NCBI GenBank assembly: GCA_049970495.1
Contig: JBMFMV010000044.1
Coordinates: 1-15,453 of the forward strand
Direction of reading: 5' to 3'
Length of the DNA: 15,453 bases
Source of the DNA: a bacterium
GTDB taxonomy: Bacteria > DUMJ01
Part shown: piece by piece, positions 14,574 through 15,453 of the stretch
Numbering within the stretch: position 1 is the stretch's first letter
How the letters are laid out: each line of letters begins with the position of its first letter
The notes under the pieces: generated by a model
Database searches by the model: none
What the model saw: the letters and a program-made list of their open reading frames with translations, nothing else
Told to the model about the DNA's origin: nothing
Translations under genes and position numbers: made by a program

Positions 14574-15453
14574 ATGGAAAAAGAGATTACTCAAAGTGGA
14601 AGTAAAATCCAAGGGAAGATATCCTATGATCAGATCGAAGTGACAAAAGCCATAAATGAAGAATTGAGATTAAGAGCTTCTAATGTTACTGTCCCTGGGT
14701 TTAGAAAAGGGAAGGCTCCTTTAAGATTAGTAGAGAATTTTATTGGTAGAGAGTATATAGTAGAAAGAGCTATAGATAAGCTTGTTGATGAAGGGATTCA
14801 GAAGATTATAGAAGAGTATAATATAGTCCCACTAGAGATTAGAGATTTGGAATTTGTAGAGAGAGGTGATGGAAAGCCTCTTATTTTTACTTTTGTAATA
14901 AATACCTATCCAAAGGTAGAGGTAGAAGACTATAGAAGTATTATTAATAATCTATCCTGGGAAGAACCAGTAGTGACAGAAGAGGACGTGGATAATTTTA
15001 TCGAAGGACTAAGGAAGAGGCTAGCTGTTTGGAGGGATATTGAAGGTAGAAATATTGTTGAGAGAGGCGATTATATCCTCGTGGATATTAAGGATGACCC
15101 TTCTAAGCCATTTGACGAAAATAAGGAGACAGGGTCTATCCTAAAGGTGGGAGAAGGGATATTATCTCCTGGAGATGATGAATCCTTAATAGGGAAAGAG
15201 ATAGGAGAATCAGTAGAAATAACTACTAAATTCCCAGAAGACTATTATGAAGAGTCTTTAAGGAATAAAGAGACAACTATATACGTACTTATAAAAGGTA
15301 TCAAGACTTTAGAGCTTCCACCTATAGATGAAGAATTTGCCAAGAGATTTAACTATCAGTCGGTAGAGGCTATGAGGGAAGGCTTTAAGGAGGGGATATA
15401 TAAAGAAAGGTTAGTTCAAAAAGAGGAAGAGATGTATCACTTGATAAAGGAAC
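14574..15453 (+). CDS. tig: Trigger factor, 3'-truncated by window edge (missing from ORF track)
   Basis: GGAGG RBS; MEKEITQ...VPGFRKGKAP ribosome-binding signature; FKBP-like FPEDY; LPPIDEEFAK; frame open to the window end. Confidence 0.96.
   Translation, partial: MEKEITQSGSKIQGKISYDQIEVTKAINEELRLRASNVTVPGFRKGKAPLRLVENFIGREYIVERAIDKLVDEGIQKIIEEYNIVPLEIRDLEFVERGDGKPLIFTFVINTYPKVEVEDYRSIINNLSWEEPVVTEEDVDNFIEGLRKRLAVWRDIEGRNIVERGDYILVDIKDDPSKPFDENKETGSILKVGEGILSPGDDESLIGKEIGESVEITTKFPEDYYEESLRNKETTIYVLIKGIKTLELPPIDEEFAKRFNYQSVEAMREGFKEGIYKERLVQKEEEMYHLIKE

Noticed and set aside
14370..14612. 80-aa minus-strand ORF
   Set aside because: Antisense to tRNA-Leu, tRNA-Gly and the tig start; WSGRRDLNPRP and GAGFEPA are typical tRNA-shadow translations.

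Overview
AT-rich bacterial chromosomal window with heavy ATA/AGA codon use and gene content suggesting a thermophilic anaerobe (taxonomy is inference). Left to right: the 3' part of a Cache-type methyl-accepting chemotaxis protein; a bidirectional terminator; and a minus-strand four-gene inositol catabolic operon (Vps62/NPP1-like hypothetical, iolM, iolN, second Zn-dependent dehydrogenase) with a consensus promoter and a LacI-type palindrome. Next come a Cof-type HAD phosphatase, a DUF59 + ABC exporter operon, a metallophosphoesterase, and a URO-D-like/geranylgeranyl-reductase-like/nnr operon. The window ends with a TPP riboswitch-controlled thiT-thiN salvage operon, a tRNA-Lys/Leu/Gly cluster with terminator, and the 5' part of trigger factor (absent from the ORF track). 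I saw no mobile elements or CRISPR arrays. The most notable feature is a variant of the Thermotoga-type inositol pathway led by an uncharacterised Vps62/NPP1-like gene and ending in an extra dehydrogenase. Family calls rest on recalled motifs and sequences, not database searches.
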